Below are positions 33,120 to 52,454 of a stretch of DNA of 64,000 nucleotides, piece after piece. Within the stretch, counting starts at the first letter, position 1. Every line of letters starts with the position of its first letter. Under the pieces are notes generated by a model, which saw nothing but the letters and a program-made list of their open reading frames with translations, was not told the origin of the DNA and ran no database searches. This DNA is from Bugula neritina (Eukaryota > Animalia > Bryozoa): the NCBI GenBank assembly GCA_964035545.1, contig OZ037765.1, forward strand, positions 24,365,504 to 24,429,503, written 5' to 3'. The position numbers were made by a program, and so were the translations under genes.

Positions 33120-35260
33120 TTTCAGTAACTAAATATCTATCTGTTACCTCAACACAGTTTGGTAGAATATAGTGAATGAAGCTAATAACTTGTGAAACTT
33201 GTACCTTACATTGGCATAGTGTAGCAATAATGTGGTTTACATCTATCACTCCCTCTGATCAATGATCAGTGGTCAATGTCAAAGTGTACTTTGGATGATA
33301 AAATGTTTGTGATTATCTCTTAGTTGATTTGTCTTCAAATATTAAAGCCAACTATAATTGTAGCTAGTGAAATGGAGGTCAAATTTCAGTCACTGCAAAC
33401 ATGTAAGCTGCAAGTTGGATTAAGTAAATTTCATAAGAGGCAAAGGTTTACAAATAACAGCTGTTCAGCTTTTGTACTTTGCACCTTGTCAAGTAAAAGA
33501 CCATATCACTGATGCATGCATTTCTACCTGAGTGTAATGAATTAGACATCAACAAAGTTGTATTGGCAAAAATCACAGTACTTATGAGATAGAATGTTGC
33601 ATTGCATATTAGGAACTGCGTCTTTTAGTTTCCTATCAGCGCTGGGGACAAACTAAAGGAAATTGATGGATGGTATAACCAGAGGTGAATTGTGTGTCTA
33701 TTAACATTTGCATGTTATGATTTTAGTATGTAGTTCTTTGGAACACTTGCTTTAAATTTTGACTATATTCATATGTAATTTATGTAATATAGTTGCATTG
33801 TTATAGTAATAACTTATAATTTCCTTGGTGTCAAAATCTGCATAAAACATGCAATTTTTGAAGGTTTTATACCAGTTGTTATTTAAATATAAAATAATCA
33901 ATTATATTTTAGGTAAGACTTGGCAATTCTAAGTTTTGGGGCTCGAGAGTTGGTCAAAGAATTGAATCCCAAAATCAAAACTTAACCAATTAAACACTTG
34001 AGCTCACAGAATTAACTTTTCTATAAATAGGTACATCATCAAAATCCTAACGTATTTGGGCAGTATTATTTTATTTCATTTTGAAACCATGCTTAGAACA
34101 GAAATTTTATTTTTCAAAGTCTCTCATCCATAGCATGTGTTTTTGTTTAAATTTACAATTCATAACTCTTACGAAATCTTGTGGGTATGATGTAAATTAT
34201 TACTACCTATTGTAACAATGTTTCTATGTAATTAAGTTTTCTGTTATTTGAATAAACAAAGTGCTGCTTACACAGGGTTGACTTTTGTTTATCATTCCTC
34301 ATAAAACTTCTTATTTTCAATTATAATAGTATTCGTTTCCTTTAGAATTCTTATATTTATACTTATCAAAATCAAGAGAAGGAATAGTGAATAGCTTTTG
34401 TAACATTCATGCACTTGATTATTGTCCAAGAATGCTTATCTACAAAATAGACTCATGCAAAGGAAAATGCTTTGTAATTGTTAAGAAATTATAATACTTC
34501 TTCATTTAAATAAGTTTTACAGCAATGCTAAGCACACCAGTGTGAGGTTTGCAACAAAATATCATCTGGTGAGTGTCATTATTTTACATGCTTTCACTGA
34601 TTTCTAGATAAAATTGATATTTAAAATCTAGCAAAATTTAGGATATCATCTGTCTTATATATTGTTAACTTTGTTAATTAGTTAAATAGCGTTTGACTTG
34701 CCCTAAAACATGCTTGTTGTATAACCTATGCAGTTATAAAAGAAACTCTTGGAGATATATGATTTTTAAATTATTATTTGATACAGTAATTTTAATAACT
34801 TAAAAATCTTTTCTCATCTCTGCAAAGAATTGGTAGTTTTTATTGAAAACATAAATACTGAAATGAAAGTATGAAAATAATGAAAAGAAAATATATATAG
34901 CGATGGCAGTGGATAGAGTTATGCTACCCATTCGTAGCCAGAGTGTCCAAGATTACACCCAAGAAACTAGAAGCAGGGCACTCCCACCTCTGTCAAAGTC
35001 TGCCATTTCTTCTAAGTATCATAATGGCAAAAATATTTCCAGGTAAAATCAAGTTTTTATTATTGCATACTGTAACAGCAAGAAATATAGGTGTGGTAAT
35101 GGAGAAATTTGGAAAAGCCTGTGTTCTAAATTAAAAATTTAGCAAAAGAAGTTATGTTCTCGCGAGAATTTCAACCCACTCCCCAAACCAAAAATTAACA
35201 AAAAGGTTAAACAACTTAGGCTATTTGAATTTCTCCACTACTGCTCCTAAATGCAATATA

Positions 35261-38200
35261 ATGGGTAGGTATGTATCTCATGTAACCATGGCCTATTTGC
35301 TTGTAGTTTCACACACATGACTAGCATTCTAATTAGCCATGACCTTGAGCAAAGTTAAAGGTTAAACTGGTAGCTAATGTTGAAAACATCAAGATTTAAT
35401 CTTAAAATACCTAGTTTCATCAACAACCTTGTTTATGATGCATCTGCTATTGAGACAACAGTTGTCATTTGATTTTTTTCGAAAATTGTAATTAAATTGA
35501 TTTATTAATTGGCTTTGAAGCAATTTTGATTTGATTCACCACTCAATATGCCTCCTAAGCATGCCTATTGCAGGAAATCAGTATTTTAATTTTAGGCCAT
35601 TAGCATCTTATAAAAATGTGACACATTATTATAGTGATATGCAGTGTGAATTTTATATTAGCCTAATAATATTTTTTGCTTAAAATAAGGATAGTATTTC
35701 AACTTTGTGTTTGGAGATATGAAGTTCTTGTGGTTTCAGAGTTATCTTCTTTAAAAACCTTTCTAAACGTCTAACATACAAAGGGGTTTGAGAGGCAACT
35801 GTAGGTGGTTTGCAAGAGATGAATAATAACACAGCGTTTAAACTCTCAAATTTAGTGAAAAATTGTCCCTAAAAGTAGAGTACTAAGAAAAGGCGGCGGT
35901 TATCTATTAGGGTACTATAATGCTCTGAAATATTCTTTTTTAGAACCTCCAGTAAACTCTTCAGCAAGAAATCTAAAGAATATGTTGCAGTGTCAGCAAA
36001 GGAACATCATCGAAAAAAGTCAACAGCCTCAGTCAATGAAAATTTTGCTGATTTACCATGTAGCTATGAGCTGCCTTCTCCACCAAAACCAGGTAGCCTA
36101 TATCTAATTTTGTTTACTTTGTCATACTTTTCACACACACACATGTTCTTTATATATTCTTTTATTACTAGTGTGCTTGTTTATTTGATTTAAACATTTT
36201 AACGTTTATAGATAACAATCTTGCTGACAGAAAGCTTATAATAGTTCAACATTGTGTTTTATATACCAAATTTTTATTCAACGAACAGTTTTCATACAAT
36301 GATGTATTTTCCCAATTGAACTTTTATTGACATTTTTCAATTTTCAAGAACGTTAATGAATCAAACTCTCAATACATTTGTTGTAGCGTGGCAGCAGTTC
36401 TCTGAACACATCAAGACACTCAGTAGCAGTGGGTCGACGTATTCTCCAGAGAATACAGAATTTCAAAAGAACATGAATGCCGTGATAGAAACTCGAGGCA
36501 GTGAGATTTGCAAAAAGATTTTAAAAGGTAAAAGTTTTGTGTATAGAATATGTATTACATTGAAAGTAGCAGCTATTTGTATTATAACCCAACATGTAAT
36601 AGCCGATAGTTGCTTGCCTATTATTAATGTGTCGCATTTTATACAGACAATGAATCATTTCAGTTTAAAAAGATGCATATGGCATACAAATATCTAATGA
36701 TACTTCAACTACATGCCTTGCAAAATCTTAATAAAAACAAATATTAGAGAAAAGAATTTAAGAAGCAATAAGTTCCTTCCAAACCATGCTATCAGTGAGG
36801 ATTAGTTATTTATTTTTGGCTGAAGATTAAGAGCAACCATGACCGATACTATGCTTTGCTACTGATAATGAATCTTATATGGATTTTAAGTCAAGTGCTT
36901 GATACAACCTAATATCTACTAGACATATTACTTTTTTGCTTCCAAATCTCCTTACAATACTTAGTAGAGCTGATCAGCTGCAAGTTATGTCAGCAACGGA
37001 ACTGTTGCTGTACAAAAATAGTCTAAATTTACAGAAAAACTATTTTTAGCAAATTATAAATCCAACAAAAAATTGAAAATCAGCAATAAGAAATCATTTT
37101 ATTTTGAAGGCTTACAGTCAAAACATTTGTAATGCACTGCCTAGTACTATGATTTAGTGTTGTCATACTGGAACAACATAGTTTAGCCTGCAGCTGGGAT
37201 CACCTGATCACTTAAACCTGCAGTCATCTCTAGTCAGTCAGGCACCTGTGGCATGCATGTGCAAGCACCTGTTGAAACCATTTGTAGTGTACTTCCAATG
37301 TGTTAGAAGTACATGATGAAGGTAATTATATAGAAGAAATTATAATAGCTGCAACTGCACACATAGCTGTACCTTGTACTTGTATTATAATATTCTGTAT
37401 ACAGCTTAAACTGATGAGCTTAGAACATTTTGTTTACTAAAAATTGCTCAGTATGCAAAATGTGCCAGACAACTTGATTGTCATAAAAATACAGCTTTCA
37501 TTAGGTGAGCACATGCAAGAAACTTTTAAAAATATAAGCTATAAATGTAAGTTGCAACAGCTTGAACTTTGCTCCAAAGCTGCACACTCCTGCAAGTAGT
37601 TCATTAATCGCTGATTATTTGTTTAAAGTAAAGTTAAAGATATCTAAAGCGATCTATATAGAAATTGTCAAAAGATTTTCAACAATGAGCTCTACATATC
37701 ATGTATTGATTGATATATATAACATGTAGTAGATCTTATAGAAATATTTTTTATGATTTCATTAGATTACATAAAACCAATTCATAGAAATAGTTCTGGT
37801 AACAGAATAATATGCTGTATTCTTCAAACAGCTATCTTGCAAATATGTCATATTTTAAGTAAAGGTCTTGTCTTATAAACTTGTATGCTGTTTGTATATC
37901 ATTCTTGCCATACAAATGTATTTGACCTGTTTTTGTAAACTCTTTATTGTATCTTCATTTGAGTTCCATATACAACCAGTAAGAATTAGCTGTGAATATA
38001 TCTCCACGGCTGACTACATAACCATACATGATGGTGAGATAAATCAGCCCTCACTCCTGCATGAAAATAAAAAATTCCATCACTGCACTGCATGATATTC
38101 CAAGTTGTCTATTACATTTTGTATGTTGTAATAGAAGTTAAAAAGTCTATCATAAGTGTTTTCATAAAAATGGTAGAATAAGCATATAAGATGTTGACGC

Positions 38201-38725
38201 TTAGAAAGTAGAAAGTGGTAATGTAAATAGTGTATATGTGTTTATGTAGATATGAAAGATCAGCTGGAAAGAAAAAGAGCTAAAGAACTGCTTCTGTTAC
38301 AAAAGCTTAAAGAGACTGAGGAATCAGCTGCAGCCCACAAGCAGCCAGAAGTTGAAGAGCTATCAGATGAATCAGATGATGACAGCGATGATGAAGAGAG
38401 TCAAGAGAGAAAAGCAATAAGACGAAAAGCAGCAGCTCAACGTTATTGGGGAATCATTAGACGTGATGTCCAAGAAAAGATCAGAATAAGAAAAGAGAAA
38501 AACCCAGCTGGTGGCATATGGAATGCCCTACGGTCTCAGTTAAGAGCTCTCACTAGAGGTGACAATGTGAGGCAAGAGCTGTATGAAAAATATGGCATCG
38601 TGCCTAGAGCAGGTTTAAAAACAGCGGAGGACAGTATGAAGCCAACCTTGTCTATAAATATTAAAGAAGTTGTTAATCGTTTTCAGTCTTTTCAAGTGAG
38701 AAAATTGAAAGTGACATTTGGCTAA
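35261..38725 (+). CDS. Uncharacterised coiled-coil/acidic protein with a predicted N-myristoylation motif
   Basis: Exons 35261-35268 (ATGGGTAG/gtatgt), 35944-36092, 36387-36527, 38250-38725 are phase-consistent and give MGRTSSKLFSKKSKEY...; the first exon is the least certain. Confidence 0.75.
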
Positions 38726-40404
38726 TTATAAGTATGTATGCTTATTGATTGAAGAATTATTGTGTGCAAGTGGAAGCATGGAGCAAATTTGGGCGCGTTG
38801 CTTTTATATATTATTAAAGCTTCATTTACCATTTAATATTTTTATATATATGAACAGAGTTACTCTCAAGTTATATAATTTTAAATTCAAGTTTATGTTT
38901 ATTAATAATAAAACTAAATGACATTTTGGCAGAATATTGTGCATCCATTGTTATAATACAGTATTAGTTTTTGTTATATCACTCTATTACTTTATTTGTA
39001 CGCAATACTTATGTTGTGTAAGGGAAAATGTTGACATTTTCTACATCACAGTTATACTTGAATTTCTCAGTGTCTGCTTTATTCTTAAACCTTGTAATAT
39101 TTATAGAAAAAAGTTTTTAAACTCAAGATGTTCACCTTTTATTCACCTGATAAAATGTGTTTTTCTTAGCAAATGGTTTTATACTATGAATATTCATTGC
39201 TATAAAAACATTTGCTTTTGCAATGAACCACACCGGAGCTTATAAAAGCTGTTTCTTATCTTGTACAATAGAAAACTACATTAGTACCTCACTGGGGAGT
39301 CTAATCAGTAATATAATAATAGCTGTACTAAATACACAGACTTCTCATGCTGAGTTATCTTTTACATCAAATCAATATTTGCTACAATGACCTCTAGATA
39401 TTCTGGAATAGCCAAAACACTGTGGAGTTACTGGGATGCAGTGTGTTATTTTCTCCGAAAGGAAAGAGTGGCATAAAATCTTTCCTGCTCCTTATTGTCC
39501 ACTCCGGTGTTTTGGGATCAAATATAAACGCATCATAATATAATGTTATATTGACAACATGCTTATTGTTATGTTTATATAAGTTGCACTGGGAAACTAT
39601 TATACACTGTTAATGATTAGCTTACTATTTAAGCATTAAAATATTTAAGGTTTTTTTTCCATTTCCTTTATACATGAGAAGCACAAACCAATTACATAAT
39701 AGTTTTGTATTTACATATATAGTTACAAATTAACTTAAGGGTTATAACCTCAGTAATGTAGTTGTATATACAGTGTGTTCAGCTTGTATAGAGTGCTTTT
39801 TCCAAGGTGGTTCTAGCTCATATAAAATTCGTTACCAGATTGTTTCAACTTTAAAATGGTATAAAACATTATAAACATATAAGAAGCAAAATTATACCAA
39901 CTTGTTTTAAAACTTGGAAAATTTCTATTAGTATATTGTTATACATTAGGTACTATCAATATTGAAAGGTTACATTTTACAATAAAGCAAAAGATGTGAT
40001 CCATTAGACTAAACACAAATGAGCAAACTTTTAATTTACTTATGCATAAAAGTTAATAAAATTATGTATTATATGCTTAAAATTATTCAAAACTGTTTGA
40101 TGTTGCTATTTAACGTTTCAAACTGATGCACTATGCAATATAATTATAAAAAACTAAAATTATATATGTTGTATGTATATATACATAAGTGTGTTTACTT
40201 GTGTATTAATTTATAGAATTTTATATCAGTAGGCAGATTCTTCATTTGTATATTTATATATATGAACATCATAAAACAAGGTGCTTGTAGCTGAAAACTT
40301 AGCAATCAAATAATACAAATGGCGTGACAAAGTGCACATCATAATGATTATAATATAGTTATATACACTCAAAATAATTATATAACTCAAAACTTATTTG
40401 AAAG

Positions 40405-41457
40405 TTAAGTTGATTCACTGCATAGCAACAGATGGCCATTTTCTTCTTGCTGTTTTTCTGTTGGTTGTTCTTTAGCTGAACAGTTGAATGTTTCCCGTGC
40501 AGATAGTGTTTCATCTGATAATCTTCTTTTATACAGAAAGGGCAGGGTTTTTTGAAAATATTGATAAAAGTTTTCGTTCATCCAACCATAAAGTAAAGGA
40601 TTGTACATGACTGAGCTCATAGCTAGAACATGCGTGATCAAAAACACCAGAATCATATAGTTAGGAGGAATCCTTTTACTGAAAAGGTGGAAAATTTCAA
40701 TTGGCAGCCAGCAGATGATAAAGATGGTAACCATTGCTATGAGCATTCTGTTGATTTTGACATGTTGAGCATCAGGTGTCTTGGAATGTGCATTTTTCAG
40801 TCCAGCTCTGATTTTCATTCTTTTATGCAGTTCCAGTGAAATTGCCGTGTAGCAAACAATCAGCACAGCCGCAGGAATAAGGAGTTGCAGAGACAAAACT
40901 ACCCATGAATATGGGAGTTCCAAATCTTTAGGTAGTTGTTCAGTGCAGTCTATGTTCCCATTGTCTTCATTTATATTTAGCTGACTGTATATAGCGGAGG
41001 GTAATGGTATCAGTACAGAGGCTGTGGCTGTTACCACTGTGATTACTACTTGTAGAGCTGAACTCATTTTCCGCTTGTGAGGAAACAAAATGACTACGAA
41101 CCGATCTATGGCAATAATCATTGAAATAAAGGTCGAGAAAAACACAGATGCACTGCAAATCAAAGGAATGAATTTACATAAAAAGCTTCCTAGTGGCCAA
41201 CTGTTGATGAGAGCGTTAAGAGGTGTGAAAGGGATAGCAACTAGACATATTGCTAAATCACTCACACTCAAGCAGGCTATGAAGTTGTTGATTGTTGTTC
41301 TCATTTTCTTATATTTAATGACGACATATAACACCATGATGTTTCCAAACATGCCCACTATCCATATCAGTGAATAAAGCAGGATAAATATAAAAATCAC
41401 ATGAGGTTTCAAATCTTCTTCAACAGCAGTGCTAGTCATGTTTCCTGTTTTTGCCAT
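40405..41457 (-). CDS. Intronless class A GPCR, NPY/prolactin-releasing peptide/sNPF receptor-like
   Basis: Seven hydrophobic segments; GN in TM1, LSVSD, IPFTPL, WPLGSFLCK, IAIDRF, CWLP, HVLAMSSVMYNPLLYGWMNENF. Confidence 0.92.
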   Translation of the reverse strand: MAKTGNMTSTAVEEDLKPHVIFIFILLYSLIWIVGMFGNIMVLYVVIKYKKMRTTINNFIACLSVSDLAICLVAIPFTPLNALINSWPLGSFLCKFIPLICSASVFFSTFISMIIAIDRFVVILFPHKRKMSSALQVVITVVTATASVLIPLPSAIYSQLNINEDNGNIDCTEQLPKDLELPYSWVVLSLQLLIPAAVLIVCYTAISLELHKRMKIRAGLKNAHSKTPDAQHVKINRMLIAMVTIFIICWLPIEIFHLFSKRIPPNYMILVFLITHVLAMSSVMYNPLLYGWMNENFYQYFQKTLPFLYKRRLSDETLSARETFNCSAKEQPTEKQQEENGHLLLCSEST

Positions 41458-44400
41458 TTTCAAAACAAACAGATTATAGAAGTATGTTCGTATAATAGGT
41501 TACTCTCCTATCATCACAACTACAAAAGGCAAATAAAAGCACAAGTTCATGATTGAGACTTGCTATAGTTGTACACACTGTTAGATGAAAAATCCAGCGG
41601 CTTCATTATATATAACTATAACTAGTGGTTACCTAAGGCTAATTATAGGTTTGTATATTTATATAAATATTTTAATAAAAGTAACAATGTATAGCATAAC
41701 TCACAAGTGCTACGTTCTGTTTGTGTTCGTTTGATTTTCTATTAGTCAACTTTTGTTGAAAACAATTCAGCTGATTTTGTCTCATTTATTTAAAGATGTT
41801 ATTCTGCCAATTTTCTACTCTAAAAGAAACCATAGTTAATTTTAGAAGCAAAATTCATAACTTTCATAAATAACAGTTATTGAGTTTGTAGCTATATGTA
41901 TTTTGCCAAATTAATAATCACATTTTTAAATAAAAAAATCAGGCAAGTTCTGAAAGCTTCATTGAACAGTTTCAAGTAATTTGATCACTGAGTTATTAAC
42001 CTACTAAAGTTTTTAGCAAATATTCAAGACAAGAAAACACAAATATTTTCAAGCAGACATAGTTTTTTAAGAATTTGCAGTTTTACAAACAAAAAATTAA
42101 TACTTTATGGCTGCTTTTACTTCACAAGCAATGGCAACTAACAGCTAACTGTTTGATTATTGAATATATTTTGTAAGATTTTAGTATAGCAGTGTTGTTA
42201 TCCGTGGTTGAAACATTTAGCCAGTTTCTAAGTTAAAGTCATAACTATTAGCATAGTGGATATTTTTGTGACCTCTCTCTTCCACTGTTGACATAACATT
42301 TTATTTGTCTTGTTTTACTTTTATTGCTTTTTACTTATATGCCAATAATCATTATGTTGACACACAACCAAATATTATGTTATGTAAAAGCATTAGTTAT
42401 ATTGCAGTCCACTCTATGGATTACAGAGTGAGTTCACATTACCCCTGGGGAGTTATCATAGCAATTAGAGTCACTAAGGATTATCCTGAACAAACAGCAT
42501 AATGCACGGATCCGTGAACCTTGACACGAAACCAAACTCCGCATCACTTTTCTATAGCAACTATGCACTTCCAATGAAGCCATAATCTCTTTTTAGGCAG
42601 AAATATAATATGCATATTATTCAGTCTCGCATAGAATTTTAGAATTTTGATGCTACGTATAAAATGCACAGTGACTAAGATTGAAATTTGAGTAGATCAT
42701 GTAACTTTCGTTATCTGACACAGCGCAGTATTTTCTCCTGTCTATAGAGCTTCAAGTTGTAACATTGCATCATGCAACTTAGCTTTTGAATAACAGCTTG
42801 TTGTGTCTTTCTTTCTAATCTTTATAAACTTGATACATTTAATTTGATGCATTGAATTTAGTTCAATGGCTACAAGGAATTCAAGTAAAAACATGATAGG
42901 TAGAAATAAAAATAAATAATAGTAATAATATAATTGGGCGGGTAGTAGGATTAAATGGAGACTCATAATATAAAAACTAGCAGCTATAGCAAACTGCTGG
43001 ATGTAAACTCAACTTTCTTATACAACTGCTATTCCTATACCCATCTGCTATCTCCTATCCTTCTATACCCAAATAGAGCATTAGATTAGTAAGGAAATTT
43101 TTCCTACTTGTGATTTTAACAAGGCACTACACCTACATCAATTTGATACCAAGAATAAACTTGTAAAAATTTAATAATGACAACCTACATTTAATTTTAG
43201 CTTTACAATGTAATGTTATGCATTTGAACAATTTCCTCATATAGTTCTAATGTTGTTAATATCTAGAGCATGCGGTCCCATGTAACAAAAAGAAGTTGGA
43301 GCAAAGCATTATCTGTTTCATGTTTAATTATGCTATGTTTTTCATACTGACTTGTGAGAAAAAATGTGAGTTTATGGTGGCACTTCACACCTACCCTTAT
43401 GATTATAGCATATCAGCAAGTTTACTCAGCTATCTGTATCCACACACAGAGATTAGGGCTGATTGATTTACCGCCACCATAAAGTTACAAGGTATGCCAA
43501 ATGATTAACTGTATTATAGTGTATAGTCTATTTTCCAATTGAGTCTATTTACCATCTAACTTGTAACTTTCAAATTCAAGAACATTCACCACTCAACACA
43601 TTAAAGAACAACTTAAAGGCAATTTTAAAATTTGAGGCTCTTGAACATTAATTCCCCAAATACAACCCTGAACATTTAGATTTTAGCCTATTATAGCTTT
43701 ATTATGGAAGTCATGAGTAGGGAGTTTGGATAACTAAAGACATTTGTTGTTAAATAAAGGAGAACTGATGTGTTCTTAGTTTCAAGAGAACCTCATTTAG
43801 TCTGTCCACCAACAGGAAATAGCTATTTCCTGTTTGTATAGCTTACTTTGGAAAATGCTATGGTAATAACTGAGGATGGCTGTATTCCAATAAATAGATA
43901 TTGATATGCAAACCCTTATGAATTCTTTCCATAAAAGTTATAGAAAGAGCTAATTATAAATAATGCTTCAACTCATGGAATTTTATTAACTATTATTTAA
44001 ATCATGATAGATGAGTAAGTCTACAGATTAATGTGTCTTCAGATGTTGGTTCCACCACATGGAGCATATCTGTTTGTGAAAAAAAACTTTTGTCTCCACA
44101 ACTCTGATTACAAATATTATATTCAAATATCTGTTAACAGTTTATGTTTCAGCAAATTATAATAGTTAGGTAAACACATAGCAGAGTGATTATTATATTT
44201 CTGTTAAAATCAAAAGTTAAAAATAAGCACTAATTCCTAACAATAATTTAAGCAGATTCACATTTTACTTGTGCACCTGCTGCAATTGTTCATCCAAATT
44301 TATACTGATTAAATATTTCTACTGGTTATTTCAATGTTCAGCAAAAATGTTACCATTTTTATTCATCTCTATCCGTATGAAAAGCTGTTTGAAATATTCT

Positions 44401-46031
44401 TCTTGTTTCAAAGATACAAAGCATATAATACATTACACTCTCAAGCTTATTCTTAGGTTGTCTATACAGTGCCACTAAAAGATACAAAGGTAGTGGAAAG
44501 ATTTGCCAAAAATAGCCTTAGTTTTCTAGAAGCCACTGAATTAAAGCTTATAGTTTCAGTAAGGCAGAAACTAGCCATATAATATACTTATAATTCTTTA
44601 ATTTTTTACAACTAACAGATGATAGTGATGCATATATCACATGCTACGTAAATCGTATATTTATACATAACGTGTAATATATATATTATATTATATTGTA
44701 TATTGATACATAACATGTACTATATATTATATTGTATATTTATACATAACATGCATTATATATAGTATATAATGTGTGTTTTAATTTACAGGCAGTTTGC
44801 TGCACATACTGTTCTAAAAATTTGTGGGTGGGTGCTACTAGTTGAGTCAATTGTCAAACCTATTAAGACAAGTCACACTAACTGTTAATTACTCACCAGA
44901 ATCGGCTTTTCTTGCAGCAAGTTTGTAGAAGTAAGTGGTGGCAATGAATTGTGCTGATATACCCTGATAAGTCAATGACTCAAGTGTAGGATAAAAGTTT
45001 TATTGGCCTTGGCCGGCTATCCTATAGTCAGTTTGCTAATGCAAAAACGTATTCATTCATTTACTGTGATCTCATTGGGTAATAGATGCTCAACGCTAAT
45101 AAAACCATAATAAGCTAATGGAAAAGCTTGATGTGTATCAATATATCGATCAGTATAGTATAATGAATACTATTATATATTGTATATGATAATTAACTAT
45201 ATTTAGGCTTTCTTTCATAAATATATTTTTAATTATAATAAGCAAACTGTAATTAGAATATTTCACTTTATAAGTTTATAATTATAACTCTTATAAAATA
45301 TTACTTTTCAGAATTTGGGAAAATAGAACTAAATTTAAATGCTTCTCGTAATTTGTGAAACTGTTTTGAATGGCAACATTTCGGTCACAATTGCTTGCAA
45401 GTGTGGGTATATTTTCTTATATATTTATTTACACATGTGTTTCTTAAAACTTATAGTACCAGTTACAATTACTACAGTAAAACAATGAACAACAGATTAA
45501 GTAAATAGTAAATAAAATCTGCTATAGGTGTACTAAAAGCTTCTCAATAAATTGAAACCAAAAGCTTTTTACAGGCTTCAATAATATCAGTGGAGTGAGT
45601 AAAATATCTGACGGTATATACCTAAAAATATCTTACAACATTTTTGCACTTTGGTGCTAATCAGACCAAAATAAAAACTCAAAATCAATAATTAAAATTT
45701 AGAAAGAGTGAAAATATACAATTATGTAACTGCCTGCTACTATTAAAGCTAGCTGTAATTAGAATCTACAGGCAGTGCAACAGACATACTAGCTATGAAA
45801 ATAGTAGAAACTTTCTTCACAATATAGAAAGTAGCAGGGACTCATTTAATCTCTACTAACTTAAACAAAAAACAAATACAGATTAGTGGAATTCAACAAC
45901 AGTCATTTTATAATATAGTGATCACTTCATAATCTATACTATAACGTACCAAGGTAATCTTCTGTTGAATTCTAAAGAAGTCAAAAATAAAAACACAATT
46001 ATATTAATCACTGGTGAACATCTTTTTCTCA

Positions 46032-52454
<6,423 letters not shown>

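Noticed and set aside
40630-41377. Plus-strand ORFs antisense to the GPCR, and similar ORFs antisense to CERT1 and GLB1 exons
   Set aside because: Shadow ORFs of real coding sequence.
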